From the NCBI GenBank assembly GCA_045599485.1, contig JAZRWA010000062.1:10072-42071 (forward strand): DNA of 32,000 bases. The letters run 5' to 3'. The notes below the pieces were generated by a model. It did no database searches, was not told the DNA's origin, and was given only the letters and a program-made list of their open reading frames with translations. Position numbers and translations under genes: made by a program. Position 1 is the first letter of the stretch. Each line of letters opens with the position of its first letter. This DNA comes from Clostridia bacterium. GTDB taxonomy: Bacteria > Bacillota > Clostridia > Christensenellales > Aristaeellaceae. Below are positions 1-8,894 of the stretch, piece by piece.

Positions 1-1
1 C

Positions 2-157
2 TCCCTGCGCGCGCTGCCCGGCTATGATGTTTCGGTCATTGCCGTGGCCTTTGGCGGCGGCGGGCACAAGCTGGCCTCCGGATGTCTGGTGAAGGATAGC
101 TTTGAAAACACCTCCGTACGCATGATGAGCATGATGGAGCAGGCGTTGAAGGCATGA
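2..157 (+). CDS. C-terminal end of a DHH/DHHA1-family phosphoesterase (NrnA-like), 5'-truncated by the window edge
   Basis: The frame starting at nt 2 reads SLRALPGYDVSVIAVAFGGGGHKLASGCLVKD...EQALKA, then TGA at 155-157. The FGGGGHxxAsG motif is typical of DHHA1 domains. The stop overlaps the truB ATG (ATGA). Confidence 0.5.
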   Translation, partial: SLRALPGYDVSVIAVAFGGGGHKLASGCLVKDSFENTSVRMMSMMEQALKA

Positions 158-1056
158 TGGACGGTTATATCAACGTGCTCAAGCCCCCGGGAATGTCCAG
201 CGGCGGCGTGGTGGGGCTTGTCAAGCATCTGACGGGCATGAAAGCCGGTCACGCGGGCACACTGGATCCCGAAGCCTGCGGCGTACTGCCGGTCATGGTG
301 GGGCGCGCTGCCCGATTGTTTGATTTTCTGGTGGAAAAGCGCAAGGTGTATCTGGCGGAGATCGCCTTTGGATACGCGACCGATACGCAGGACGCGCAGG
401 GCACCGCGATCGCGGAAGGGGAGAATTATCCCGATGCCGCAGCGGTCAAAGCCGTGCTGCCGATGTTCATCGGCGATATCCTGCAGCGTCCGCCCATGTA
501 TTCCGCGCTCAAGCAGAACGGCCGAACGCTGTATTCCCTGGCGCGTCAGGGCATTGAAGCGGAGATCGAACCGCGGCCCATCTTTGTGGAAAGCATCGAA
601 CTGCTGGAGGAAACACCGCGCCATGGTTTTCTGATGCGGATCACCTGCGGACGCGGCACCTACATCCGTACGTTGTGCCATGATATCGGGGCGGCGCTGA
701 ACTGCCCGGCGCACATGCGCTTTTTGCTGCGTGAGCAGACGGGCGCTTTTACGCTGGAGACGGCCTGTACGCCATAGGAGCTTCGTGAAGCGAAGGAAAA
801 CGGAACACTGGAGAGCCTCATCCTGGCCCCCGATGCACCGTTGGGGCATCTGCCCCGTATTGATGCTCGGGAGCGGCTGTGGAAGAAAGTCGTCAATGGT
901 GTGCCCTTGGGCAGAGAAGACTGGCAGGGGGATCAGGGTCCCGCGCGGTTATACTGCAAAGGCGCGTTTATTGGTGTGTGGGAAGCCGACGCCGAGGGCT
1001 TTTTGAAGCCCCGCGCGATTTTAAATACGGGAAAGGAAGTAAGCGGCAATGAATAA
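154..1056 (+). CDS. truB: tRNA pseudouridine(55) synthase TruB, 300 codons with one in-frame TAG at 775-777 (codon 208)
   Basis: N-terminal GYINVLKPPGMSSGGVV and the catalytic-Asp motif HAGTLDPEACGVLPV are present. ORF-track pieces 154-777 and 841-1056 share one frame, and the reading ...TLETACTP-TAG-ELREAKENGTLESLILAPDAPLGHLPRIDA... runs on without a frameshift. Real stop is TAA at 1054-1056. Summed length equals a normal TruB. Confidence 0.85.
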
Positions 1057-1888
1057 CACTCCCGAAATGGTGAACGGAATGTCCACCGAACAGATCAAGG
1101 CCATGTTGGCCAAGATCAAGTGTTTTATGCTGGACATGGACGGTACCTTCTATCTGGGCAACCAGATTCTGGAGGGCTCGCTGGATTTTCTGGATGCCTG
1201 TGAGGCAACCGGCCGCAGCGTGCTGTTTTTGACCAACAACTCCTCCAAATCCGCTGATTTTTATGAGAAGAAGCTGGAGCGCATGAATGTGCGCCCTGTT
1301 TTCCGCAACATTCTGACCAGCGGTCAGGCGGCGGCCCGCTACTGCAAGGCGGCTTTCCCTGGCAAAAAGGCGTTTCTGCTGGGCAACCACATCCTCAAGG
1401 CCGAAATGGACAAGATGGGCCTCGAGGTGGATAATGAGAACCCCGACTATGTGCTGATCGCCTACGATACCGAGCTGGACTATGCCAAGATGACGGCTGT
1501 GTGTGACTTTGTGCGTGCCGGTCTGCCCTATATTGCCACCCATCCCGATTACAACTGCCCCACCGAGACGGGCTTTGCGCCTGATATCGGTGCCATCATT
1601 GCCTTTATCAAGGCAAGCACCGGCCGTGAGCCCGAGCTGATCATCGGCAAGCCGTATTCCGGCATCGTCAAGGATGCCCTGCAGGTGACCGGCCTTCAGC
1701 CCGATGAGCTGGCCATGTGCGGCGACCGCCTGTACACCGACATTGCCACCGGTGTCAACTTTGGCATGACCAGCATTCTGGTCATGAGCGGCGAGACCAC
1801 CTGGGAGGATCGTGAAAAGAGCGAGATCAAGCCTCATCTGACCTTTGATCGCCTCAGCGCCATGATCCCCTATCTGGAAAAGATCTGA
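1049..1888 (+). CDS. HAD-superfamily subfamily IIA hydrolase (NagD/YutF-like sugar-phosphate phosphatase)
   Basis: Motifs FMLDMDGTFYLG (DxDG motif I), LFLTNNSSKS, and GKPY...MCGDRLYTDI (motifs III/IV). RBS AAAGGAAG lies upstream. The start overlaps the truB stop. TGA stop. Confidence 0.8.
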   Translation: MNNTPEMVNGMSTEQIKAMLAKIKCFMLDMDGTFYLGNQILEGSLDFLDACEATGRSVLFLTNNSSKSADFYEKKLERMNVRPVFRNILTSGQAAARYCKAAFPGKKAFLLGNHILKAEMDKMGLEVDNENPDYVLIAYDTELDYAKMTAVCDFVRAGLPYIATHPDYNCPTETGFAPDIGAIIAFIKASTGREPELIIGKPYSGIVKDALQVTGLQPDELAMCGDRLYTDIATGVNFGMTSILVMSGETTWEDREKSEIKPHLTFDRLSAMIPYLEKI

Positions 1889-1901
1889 AGCTGACCTGCA
1901 A

Positions 1902-1942
1902 GGCGCTTCGTTTTCCCCTGCGGAAACGGAGTGCCTTTTTTG
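1902..1942 (+). terminator. Intrinsic terminator after the HAD gene
   Basis: Imperfect GC-rich hairpin GGCGCTTCGTTTTCC / GGAAACGGAGTGCC followed by TTTTTTG. Confidence 0.5.
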
Positions 1943-1949
1943 TACGCGA

Positions 1950-2194
1950 ATATTATACATGGCGGAGGTCAAAGCGAACATGGCCCTGTATGGCCTCGTA
2001 TGGCCCTGCAGGTCAACAAACGGCATGCGTTTGATAACGGTCAGGGCATCGGCAAGCAAGGATGCACTGCCGACCATCATCCAATTGACTTCGTTGATGA
2101 CCGCAGAAGTACCGATGACGGAAATAGCAGTCTGACAGACCGTCTTCAAAGCACGAATGCCGGCACACTTCAACCACAGTTTCCAATTCTTCAT
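1950..2194 (-). pseudogene. Phage holin-like fragment; only the N-terminal part resembles holins
   Basis: The minus-strand ORF starts MKNWKLWLKCAGIRALKTVCQTAISVIGTSAVINEVNWMMVGSASLLA, which resembles the N-terminal TM segments of LL-H-type phage holins. Resemblance is lost after roughly 50 codons, and the ORF then runs by chance antisense through the HAD gene (track ORF 968-2194). The 3' limit is uncertain. Confidence 0.3.
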
Positions 2195-2225
2195 GTTTTA
2201 TTCTCCTTTCGTATTGATTGCAATT

Positions 2226-2286
2226 GCATATAAAAAGCACTGATTGTGATCAGTGCTGATTATTGATTGTGGCATATAAAAAGCAC
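2226..2286. repeat. Direct repeat of the 15-mer GCATATAAAAAGCAC (2226-2240 and 2272-2286), each copy leading into one of the two hairpins
   Basis: Exact 15/15 identity read directly from the sequence. Confidence 0.7.
2227..2257 (-). terminator. Intrinsic terminator (minus strand), distal copy of a tandem pair
   Basis: Perfect 9-bp stem AGCACTGAT / ATCAGTGCT with a 4-nt loop. On the minus strand it is followed by TTTTTATAT. Confidence 0.55.
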
Positions 2287-2305
2287 CATGCAAAATGCAT
2301 AGTGC
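2274..2305 (-). terminator. Intrinsic terminator (minus strand), proximal copy downstream of the small ORF
   Basis: 10-bp stem GCACCATGCA / TGCATAGTGC. Its single mismatch becomes a G-U pair only on the minus-strand RNA. It is followed on the minus strand by TTTTTATAT. Confidence 0.55.
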
Positions 2306-2330
2306 CTGATTCTGAATGCTGCTTGTTATA

Positions 2331-2564
2331 TCAAGCACATTCTTCTAACACGACATCTTTCAATTTTTCTCTTAATGGCACACCATCAATTTTGTACCTG
2401 TCAAGCATATCGTCTGCGGTGTCATAGTACCTTTCGTTTTCTGTGTTCCTTTCGCAAATCAACAATTGGTTATAACAGGTCATAACAATAAACTTAAAAT
2501 CGCCACAATGCATCATGATATCATCATGCTATTCGATAAGATCATTAAACTGTTTAATTGTCAT
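2331..2564 (-). CDS. Small hypothetical protein (77 codons) with an in-frame TAG at 2529-2531 (codon 12); positioned like an immunity gene after the MuF-type gene
   Basis: GAGGTG lies 9 nt upstream of the ATG at 2564-2562. The reading is MTIKQFNDLIE-TAG-HDDIMMHCGDFKFIV.... The track ORF start at 2516 has no Shine-Dalgarno sequence. TGA stop at 2331-2333. I recognise no family. Confidence 0.35.
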
Positions 2565-2618
2565 GATAGTTTTCACCTCTTTTGATGATATCCTGATTGT
2601 TCACAAGTTCCTGTTCCG

Positions 2619-3278
2619 TCAATGGCATTGGTACTCCATGCGGATTCCTTTTTTGGTGTTTATTTGGTGCTTGTGCGCTCCAGTTGTATGCTTTTGTGGC
2701 ATTCCATGATCACTTGTGTCAAAGTCAATGTAGGCGTATCCATCATTTCCGTAAACTCGTCTTTGAAGTACCTTCCCACCGTCATCAACTTTGTCAGTGA
2801 TAGAATCAGGATTGCTTTTGAAAGGTAAACCATTCATCAAATCTGAATTGTTTATTACCTGTCTTTCGTTAAGCATCATTCTGTATCCATCTTCTATTTT
2901 ACCACTTTTCCCAGTATTTTCAACGGTTTTTGTGGCATTCAGATACTTTTCACGGAACAATTCAAACTGATCAGATTTATCCAGTTGGAAATATTCCGCT
3001 TTGGCTTGCATCCGCTTCAGTTCGTCTTCATCCAATGCCCACTTTGCCCTGGTCAGCGCACAGCATCGACAGTTGATATCCTCGGAAGGAATGCCGAATT
3101 GAAAAGGATACTGCGCTTCCATACCTTCCACTTCAAACGGCTTGCCCTGGTCACGGATCTGACCGTCAAGCAGTCTGTGTGTGTAGCGTGTAGCACCGTC
3201 CATGGTGACATCCCATTCTTTGACGATATCGTGGCTGATTTGACTGCCGTTGACAAAACGAATAAACAGGGATATCAT
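2619..3278 (-). CDS. C-terminal portion of a MuF/SPP1-gp7-type phage head-morphogenesis protein with an uncharacterised C-terminal extension; N-terminally truncated relative to the family
   Basis: WDVTMDGATRYTHRLLDGQ...KPFEV...EDINCRCCAL matches the conserved core of the Mu F / gp7 family (W.t..D.r.R..H..l.G...F....NCRC). About 120 further residues follow, ending ...GYAYIDFDTSDHGMPQKHTTGAHKH.... An in-frame TAA sits immediately upstream of the ATG, so the normal N-terminal half is missing. TGA stop. Confidence 0.5.
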   Translation of the reverse strand: MISLFIRFVNGSQISHDIVKEWDVTMDGATRYTHRLLDGQIRDQGKPFEVEGMEAQYPFQFGIPSEDINCRCCALTRAKWALDEDELKRMQAKAEYFQLDKSDQFELFREKYLNATKTVENTGKSGKIEDGYRMMLNERQVINNSDLMNGLPFKSNPDSITDKVDDGGKVLQRRVYGNDGYAYIDFDTSDHGMPQKHTTGAHKHQINTKKGIRMEYQCH

Positions 3279-3326
3279 TTATCTTGGTACATTGTGCTGA
3301 TTTTTTGAAAAAACGGAGGCAAAACC

Positions 3327-3863
3327 ATGTCTGAAGTGTTTCATCCCATCTTTACCATTACGCTGGCGGACGGCTCGGTCATGAAGGGCGAGCTGTATCC
3401 CGAGATCGCCCCTGAAAGTGTGGGCAACTTTGTCGAGCTGGCCAACAAGGGCTTCTATGACGGCCTGATCTTCCACCGTGTTATCCCCGGCTTCATGATT
3501 CAGGGCGGCGACCCCGACGGCAACGGCACCGGCGGCCCCGGCTACAGCATCAAGGGTGAATTCCGCATGAACGGCGTGAAAAACGACCTGAAGCACACCC
3601 CCGGCGTGCTCTCGATGGCCCGCGCCATGCATCCCAATTCCGCCGGCAGCCAGTTCTTTATCATGACCAGCGTGAGCCCCCATCTGGATGGTCAGTATGC
3701 CGCGTTCGGTCTGGTCAAGGAAGGCGTGGAGCATGCCATGCGCATTGAAAAGGTGCGCCGCGACTATCGTGACTGCCCGATCGAGAAGCAGGCCATTGCC
3801 ACCATCCGTGTGGAGACCGAAGGCCACGAGTATCCCTTCAATAAGCTGAAAGGCCTGAGATAA
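3327..3863 (+). CDS. ppiB: Cyclophilin-type peptidyl-prolyl cis-trans isomerase
   Basis: FHRVIPGFMIQGGDP...GTGGPGY.I.GEF...H..GVLSMAR...NSAGSQFFI matches the cyclophilin signature. RBS ACGGAGG. TAA stop. Confidence 0.9.
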   Translation: MSEVFHPIFTITLADGSVMKGELYPEIAPESVGNFVELANKGFYDGLIFHRVIPGFMIQGGDPDGNGTGGPGYSIKGEFRMNGVKNDLKHTPGVLSMARAMHPNSAGSQFFIMTSVSPHLDGQYAAFGLVKEGVEHAMRIEKVRRDYRDCPIEKQAIATIRVETEGHEYPFNKLKGLR

Positions 3864-4114
3864 TGATCAATAACAATGCCATTTCCGTCCGCATCGGCGG
3901 ACGCGACATCAGCCTGAGCGGCAGCGATGAACCGGAAAAGCTGCGGCAGGCGGCTGCAGTCGTTGACCGCAAAATGCGTGAAATGATGGCAAACGGAAAG
4001 ACCCGCTGGGAAAGCGCAGCGCTGATGGCCGCGCTGATTCTGGCGCAGGAGGTTGCAGAGGCGCAGGAGGATAACACCCGTTTGCGCCGTATGCTGGATG
4101 AACATGCAAAATAA
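3863..4114 (+). CDS. zapA: Cell division protein ZapA
   Basis: 83 aa reading ISVRIGGRDISLSGSDEPEKLRQAAAVVDRKMREM...ALMAALILAQE, which is a ZapA-like pattern. The start overlaps the ppiB stop (TAATG). TAA stop. Confidence 0.65.
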   Translation: MINNNAISVRIGGRDISLSGSDEPEKLRQAAAVVDRKMREMMANGKTRWESAALMAALILAQEVAEAQEDNTRLRRMLDEHAK

Positions 4115-6413
4115 GGTGCCGGAGCTACTGTGCCCCGCGGGCAGCCGTGAGGGGGCAATGGCGGCGTTGTGTGCCGGAGCCGATGCACTGTATCTGGGTG
4201 CATCGGCCTTTGGCGCGCGTGCAAACGCCGGCTTTTCGGAAGAGGAGCTGAAGGAAGTACTGGAAGCGTGTCACCTTCGGGGACGGCGCGTTTATGTGAC
4301 GGTCAATACGCTGATCAAGGAAAACGAGCTGGCAGACGTGCGGCAAACGCTTCAGATGCTGCAGCGGCTCAAGGTGGATGCCGTTCTGGTGCAGGATCTG
4401 GGGGTACTGCGGCTCATTCAGGAAGAAATGCCCGATCTTTGCGTGCATGCCAGCACGCAAATGGCCGTGCACAATGCTTCGGGCGCAAGGTTGCTGCAAG
4501 GGCTTGGCGTTCGCCGTGTGGTGCTGGCGCGGGAGTGCACGCTGGAGGAGATCCGCTGCGTGGCTGATACCGGCATTGAGACCGAAGTGTTTGTGCATGG
4601 CGCACAGTGCGTGAGCGTCAGCGGGCAATGCCGTTTTTCGGGCCTGATCGGCGGACGCAGCGGCAACCGGGGGCGCTGCGCGCAGCCCTGCCGCATGCGC
4701 TATGACTGGCAGGGGGAAAACAAGGCGTGGCTTTCTCCCAAGGATATCTGTCTGCGCGACCGCCTGAAGGAGCTGGCGGAAGCGGGGGTGAGCACCCTGA
4801 AAATTGAAGGGCGTCTCAAACGCCCCGAGTATACCGCCGTGGTGACCCGCTCCTATCGGGAAGCGCTGGATGCTTTGGGCGAGGGACGCTTTTACCGGGC
4901 CGATGAAGCGGAGAAAGAACGCCTTTCGCAGGTCTTTTCCCGCGGCTTTTTTGAAGGCTATGCCTTTGAAGACAGGGACGCGGCCATGATGCAGCCCGAA
5001 AGGGTGGCTGCCATGGGTGTGTCTGTGGGCACGGTCACGCATTGTACCCGTCGCGGCGGCGTCTGGCTGGCGGAGATGAAAGCCGAAAGACCCATCCACA
5101 ACGGCGACGGTCTGCAGCTGCGGGGCGAAAAGGAACAGGATATCATCTACAGCGGACCGCAGGTGCCGCAGGGTACCACCGCGGTGCTGCGTCTGCACGG
5201 TCCTGTACCAAGCGGCACAGCCGTGGTGCGCATCGATGACGAAGCGCTGCTGGAGAGTGCCAGAAACAGCTGGCAGAAAAAGAATGCCCTGCCGGATGTA
5301 CCCTTTGACGCGGTGCTGACGGCGCAGCCCGGCGAAGCCGCCTGCCTTCGGGTGACAAGCGGCGGCTGTACGGCGGAGGTTACCGGAGAGACGGTTCAGA
5401 CCGCCTCGGGTGCACCGCTGAATGAAGAAAAGCTGTGCCGTGCTCTTTCCAAGACGGCAGATACAGGATTTGCGCTGAACAGCGCGTCCCTGGTGGGTGA
5501 AAATGCTTTTCTGACGGCATCTGAACTGAACAGTCTGCGCCGTAACGCGCTGGAGAAGCTGCGTGAGCGTCTGCTGGATGCCTATGAACCGCAAAAGGGC
5601 GCGCCGGCAGAGAAGTTTTCTGTACCCACCGAGACGCCGAAGAAGGATTTGTGGGTGCAGACCATCCACGCAGCATGGGTCAAAGACCTGCTGGACAACG
5701 GTGCCGACGGCGTGCTATGGCAGCCGCAGAACTGGACAGAACCGGCGCTCTCGCAGGCATTGGATGTGTTGCCGCGGGAAACCGTGGTGGTACTGCCGGT
5801 GCAGATGACGGAGGAATCCCTTCAAACCGTTCTGGAGCCCCTGCACCGCGGTGGCTTCAGGATCTGCGTATCCAGTCCCGGACAGCTGACACTGGAAGGC
5901 GCTGTCATGAGCGGCGAGGGTGTTCCGGTCTGGAACGGCAAAGCATCGGAAATGATACGGGAGCTGGGCTGCGGATTGCAGATCTTGCCCCGCGAGCTGA
6001 GCGGAATGGAGATCGATGAATTGCGCCGTCATACACAGGCGCAATTGCTGCTGCCGGTGTATGGCCGTGCCCGGCTGATGTACCTGAACCACTGCCCTGC
6101 CCGTACGGTGTTGGGGCTGCAGGGCGACAGGAGTGCTTGCCGTCTGTGTGAAAAGGGCAGGGGCTGCCTGGGACAGACGCTGACCGACCGCACGGGCAAG
6201 CGTTTTCCGCTGCTGCCGCTGCGGCAGAAAGAGGGCTGCCTGGTGCAGCTGCTCAGCTGCGAGGTGCGTCAGCTCAAACCACAGCCGGGCCTGGGGGCAT
6301 TGCTTGATTTTACCACCGAAGGCAAAGAAGACGCGCTGCGGATCCTGGCGGAATACCGCAGTGGAAACGCATCCGCCGTCTACGCCGAGCGCTTTGACCG
6401 CGGTGTGGAATAA
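4104..6413 (+). CDS. U32-family peptidase-like protein, long form with a C-terminal extension
   Basis: PELLCPAGSREGAMAALCAGADALYLG...VYVTVNTLIKENEL...VDAVLVQDLG...E.FVHGA.C.S.SG.C matches the U32 N-terminal core. The start was chosen at MQNKVPELL; ATGs at 4053 and 4098 are also in frame. TAA stop. Confidence 0.8.
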   Translation: MQNKVPELLCPAGSREGAMAALCAGADALYLGASAFGARANAGFSEEELKEVLEACHLRGRRVYVTVNTLIKENELADVRQTLQMLQRLKVDAVLVQDLGVLRLIQEEMPDLCVHASTQMAVHNASGARLLQGLGVRRVVLARECTLEEIRCVADTGIETEVFVHGAQCVSVSGQCRFSGLIGGRSGNRGRCAQPCRMRYDWQGENKAWLSPKDICLRDRLKELAEAGVSTLKIEGRLKRPEYTAVVTRSYREALDALGEGRFYRADEAEKERLSQVFSRGFFEGYAFEDRDAAMMQPERVAAMGVSVGTVTHCTRRGGVWLAEMKAERPIHNGDGLQLRGEKEQDIIYSGPQVPQGTTAVLRLHGPVPSGTAVVRIDDEALLESARNSWQKKNALPDVPFDAVLTAQPGEAACLRVTSGGCTAEVTGETVQTASGAPLNEEKLCRALSKTADTGFALNSASLVGENAFLTASELNSLRRNALEKLRERLLDAYEPQKGAPAEKFSVPTETPKKDLWVQTIHAAWVKDLLDNGADGVLWQPQNWTEPALSQALDVLPRETVVVLPVQMTEESLQTVLEPLHRGGFRICVSSPGQLTLEGAVMSGEGVPVWNGKASEMIRELGCGLQILPRELSGMEIDELRRHTQAQLLLPVYGRARLMYLNHCPARTVLGLQGDRSACRLCEKGRGCLGQTLTDRTGKRFPLLPLRQKEGCLVQLLSCEVRQLKPQPGLGALLDFTTEGKEDALRILAEYRSGNASAVYAERFDRGVE

Positions 6414-6506
6414 GAATGAATAAACAGTAAACAGTTTTTGAATAATGCCCCGGAATCATTGCAAAAACGGAAGCATCGGGGGTACACTCACAGGGAGGGC
6501 ACAAGG

Positions 6507-8873
6507 ATGATGACGGACCGGACGCTGCGCGTGCTGGAATTCAACAAGATCCTGCTTCGACTGGCGGAATCCGCCGTCACGGAGATGGGACGGGAAAAAT
6601 GTATGGCACTGCGCCCCACCGATAATCTGGCTCTGGCGGAGGATATGCTGCAGGAAACGGAGGAGGCACAGGTCATACTGACCTATCTGGGCGAAAGCCC
6701 GCTCATTCCTTTCAATGATGTGCGGCATTCCCTGACCATTGCCGGAAAGGGCGGTGTGCTGGGCATGAAGGCATTGCTGGACATTGCCCGGTGCCTGTCT
6801 GCCGCAAGAGCCGCCCGGACCGCCCTGGTGACGGAGCGGGAAAACACCCCGCATCTGACGCGTCTTGCCAGCAATCTGCAAACCTTCCGTATGCTGTAGG
6901 ATGCTATCAACGGTGCCATTATCAGCGAGGAAGAGATGTCCGACCATGCCAGCCCCGCGCTGGCGGATATCCGCCGTCACATCCGTCAGGCCAATGAACG
7001 TGTGCGTGAGAAGCTGAACAGCATGGTGCATGGCGGCGGTTTTTCCAAATACCTGCAGGAAAACATCGTAACCATGCGTGACGGCCGCTACTGCGTGCCC
7101 GTCAAGCAGGAATACCGGCAGATGGTGCCCGGTCTGGTGCATGACCAGAGCGCGACAGGCGCTACCATCTTTGTGGAACCCATGGCGGTGGTGGAGCTGG
7201 GCAACGACCTGAAGCAGTGGGCGGTCAAGGAAAAGGAAGAAATCACCCGCATCCTGGCTGAGCTTTCCGCCCGGGTGGGAGAGCAGAGCGAACTGATCGA
7301 AAACAATGTGGATCTGCTGGCCCGACTGGATTTTATCTTCTGCAAGGGTCATTTATCCCGGGAAATGCGCGGTGTGCTGCCGCACATGAACCGCGAAGGA
7401 AGGGTCAGGCTGGTGCGGGCAAGGCATCCGCTGATCGATCCCGAAAAGGTCGTGCCCTGCGATCTGTGGATGGGACAGGATTTTACCACCCTCATCATTA
7501 CCGGTCCCAATACGGGCGGCAAAACGGTTACGCTTAAAACGGTGGGTCTGCTGAGCCTGATGGCGCAGGCAGGCTTGCATGTGCCGGCTGATCTTGGTAC
7601 CGAGCTGGCGGTCTTTGGACAGATCTTTGCCGATATCGGCGACGAACAGAGCATTGAGCAATCCCTGTCCACCTTCTCCTCCCACATGAAGAACATTGTC
7701 GATATTCTCTCCAATGTGGAGCAGAACGATCTGGTGCTGTTTGACGAGCTGGGAGCGGGCACAGATCCCACCGAAGGCGCGGCGCTGGCGCAGACCATTC
7801 TGGATACCCTGCTGAAGCGCGGCATCCGCACAGTGGCGACCACGCATTACAGCGAGCTCAAGGCGTACGCCCTTTCCACCCCCGGTGCTGAAAACGCCAG
7901 TGTGGAGTTTGACGTCAGCACGCTTCGCCCCACGTACAAGCTGTCCATCGGTGTACCGGGCAAATCCAATGCCTTTGAGATCAGCCGCAAGCTGGGCTTG
8001 AGCGCGGGCATTATCGAGCGGGCGAAGGAGCTGCTTTCCGCCAATGATGTGCGCTTTGAGGATGTCATAGCCGGTGCCGAATACCAGCGTCAGGTGGCAG
8101 CCAAAGAGCGGGAAGCGGCGGAAAAGGCGAGGGCGGAAGCGATCCATCTGCGGCAGGAGGCCGAGCGGCTGTACCGCGAAACGGAAGAAAAGCATCAGCA
8201 CGCCGAAAAGAAGGCCAAGGAAGAAGCACGGCGCATTGTTGAGAAGGCGCGCCGGGAAGCGGAAGAAGTGATCGGCGAGTTGAAAAATATGAAAAAAGAA
8301 GGCGCCGCGGGGCGTGAGGGTGATATCAACCGCCTGCGCCGCCGTATGCAGGACAGCGCCGACAGCGTAGCGGAGGGCATCCAGGGCACGCAGACCCTGA
8401 CACAGGCCCCCAAGACGCTGAACGTGGGGGACACCGTGGATATTCTGCACCTCAACACCCGCGGCACCGTGCTGAGCAAGCCCGACGCCAACGGCGATGT
8501 GCAGGTGCAGGCGGGCATTCTCAAGCTGAAGGCCAACCTGAGCCAGCTGCGTCCTGTGCAGGAAAAAAAGAGCGAAGTCAAAAAGAAAAAAAGTGCTGTC
8601 ATGGTGCACACGGGCACTGCAAGCCGCACTGTACACATGGAGTGCGATGTGCGCGGCATGAGCCTTTAGGAAGCGCTGATGGAAGTGGACCAGTACCTGG
8701 ACGAAGCCATTCTGGCGGGTCTTGGTGAGGTGGGTATCGTCCATGGCAAAGGCATGGGCGTGCTGCGCAGCGGTATCCAGCGGCATTTGAAAATGAATCC
8801 GCAGGTCCGCTCCTTCCGCCTGGGTCAGTACGGTGAGGGCGAGGACGGCGTGACCATTGTGACCCTGAAATAA
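6507..8873 (+). CDS. mutS2: Endonuclease MutS2 (788 codons) with two in-frame TAGs at 6897-6899 (codon 131) and 8667-8669 (codon 721)
   Basis: RBS GGGAGGG lies upstream of the ATG at 6507. Walker [31 protein letters not shown] and TTHYSELK are present, followed by a charged coiled-coil and a C-terminal Smr domain ([17 protein letters not shown]). Track pieces 6438-6899, 6936-8669 and 8679-8873 all share one frame. TAA stop. Confidence 0.88.
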
Positions 8874-8894
8874 TATCGAGCGGAGGCAAATGCG

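Larger units (their letters stand above)
1950..3290 (-). mobile_element. Degraded prophage remnant or islet (holin fragment, small ORF, truncated MuF/gp7-type gene) inserted between the HAD gene and ppiB
   Basis: Base composition is visibly AT-rich from about 2195 to 3300 compared with the flanks (eye estimate, not computed). Gene content is phage-type, all on the minus strand. No integrase or intact structural module is present. Boundaries are approximate. Confidence 0.5.

Noticed and set aside
968-2194. 408-aa minus-strand ORF taken as one gene
   Set aside because: Only the first roughly 50 codons look holin-like. The rest is antisense to the well-supported HAD hydrolase gene and crosses its terminator.
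3279-3326. Direct repeats flanking the AT-rich islet as att sites
   Set aside because: Only short T-run/GGAGG similarities occur between the left (about 1936-1965) and right (about 3300-3322) edges. These are explained by a terminator tail and a ribosome-binding site, so no convincing duplication is present.
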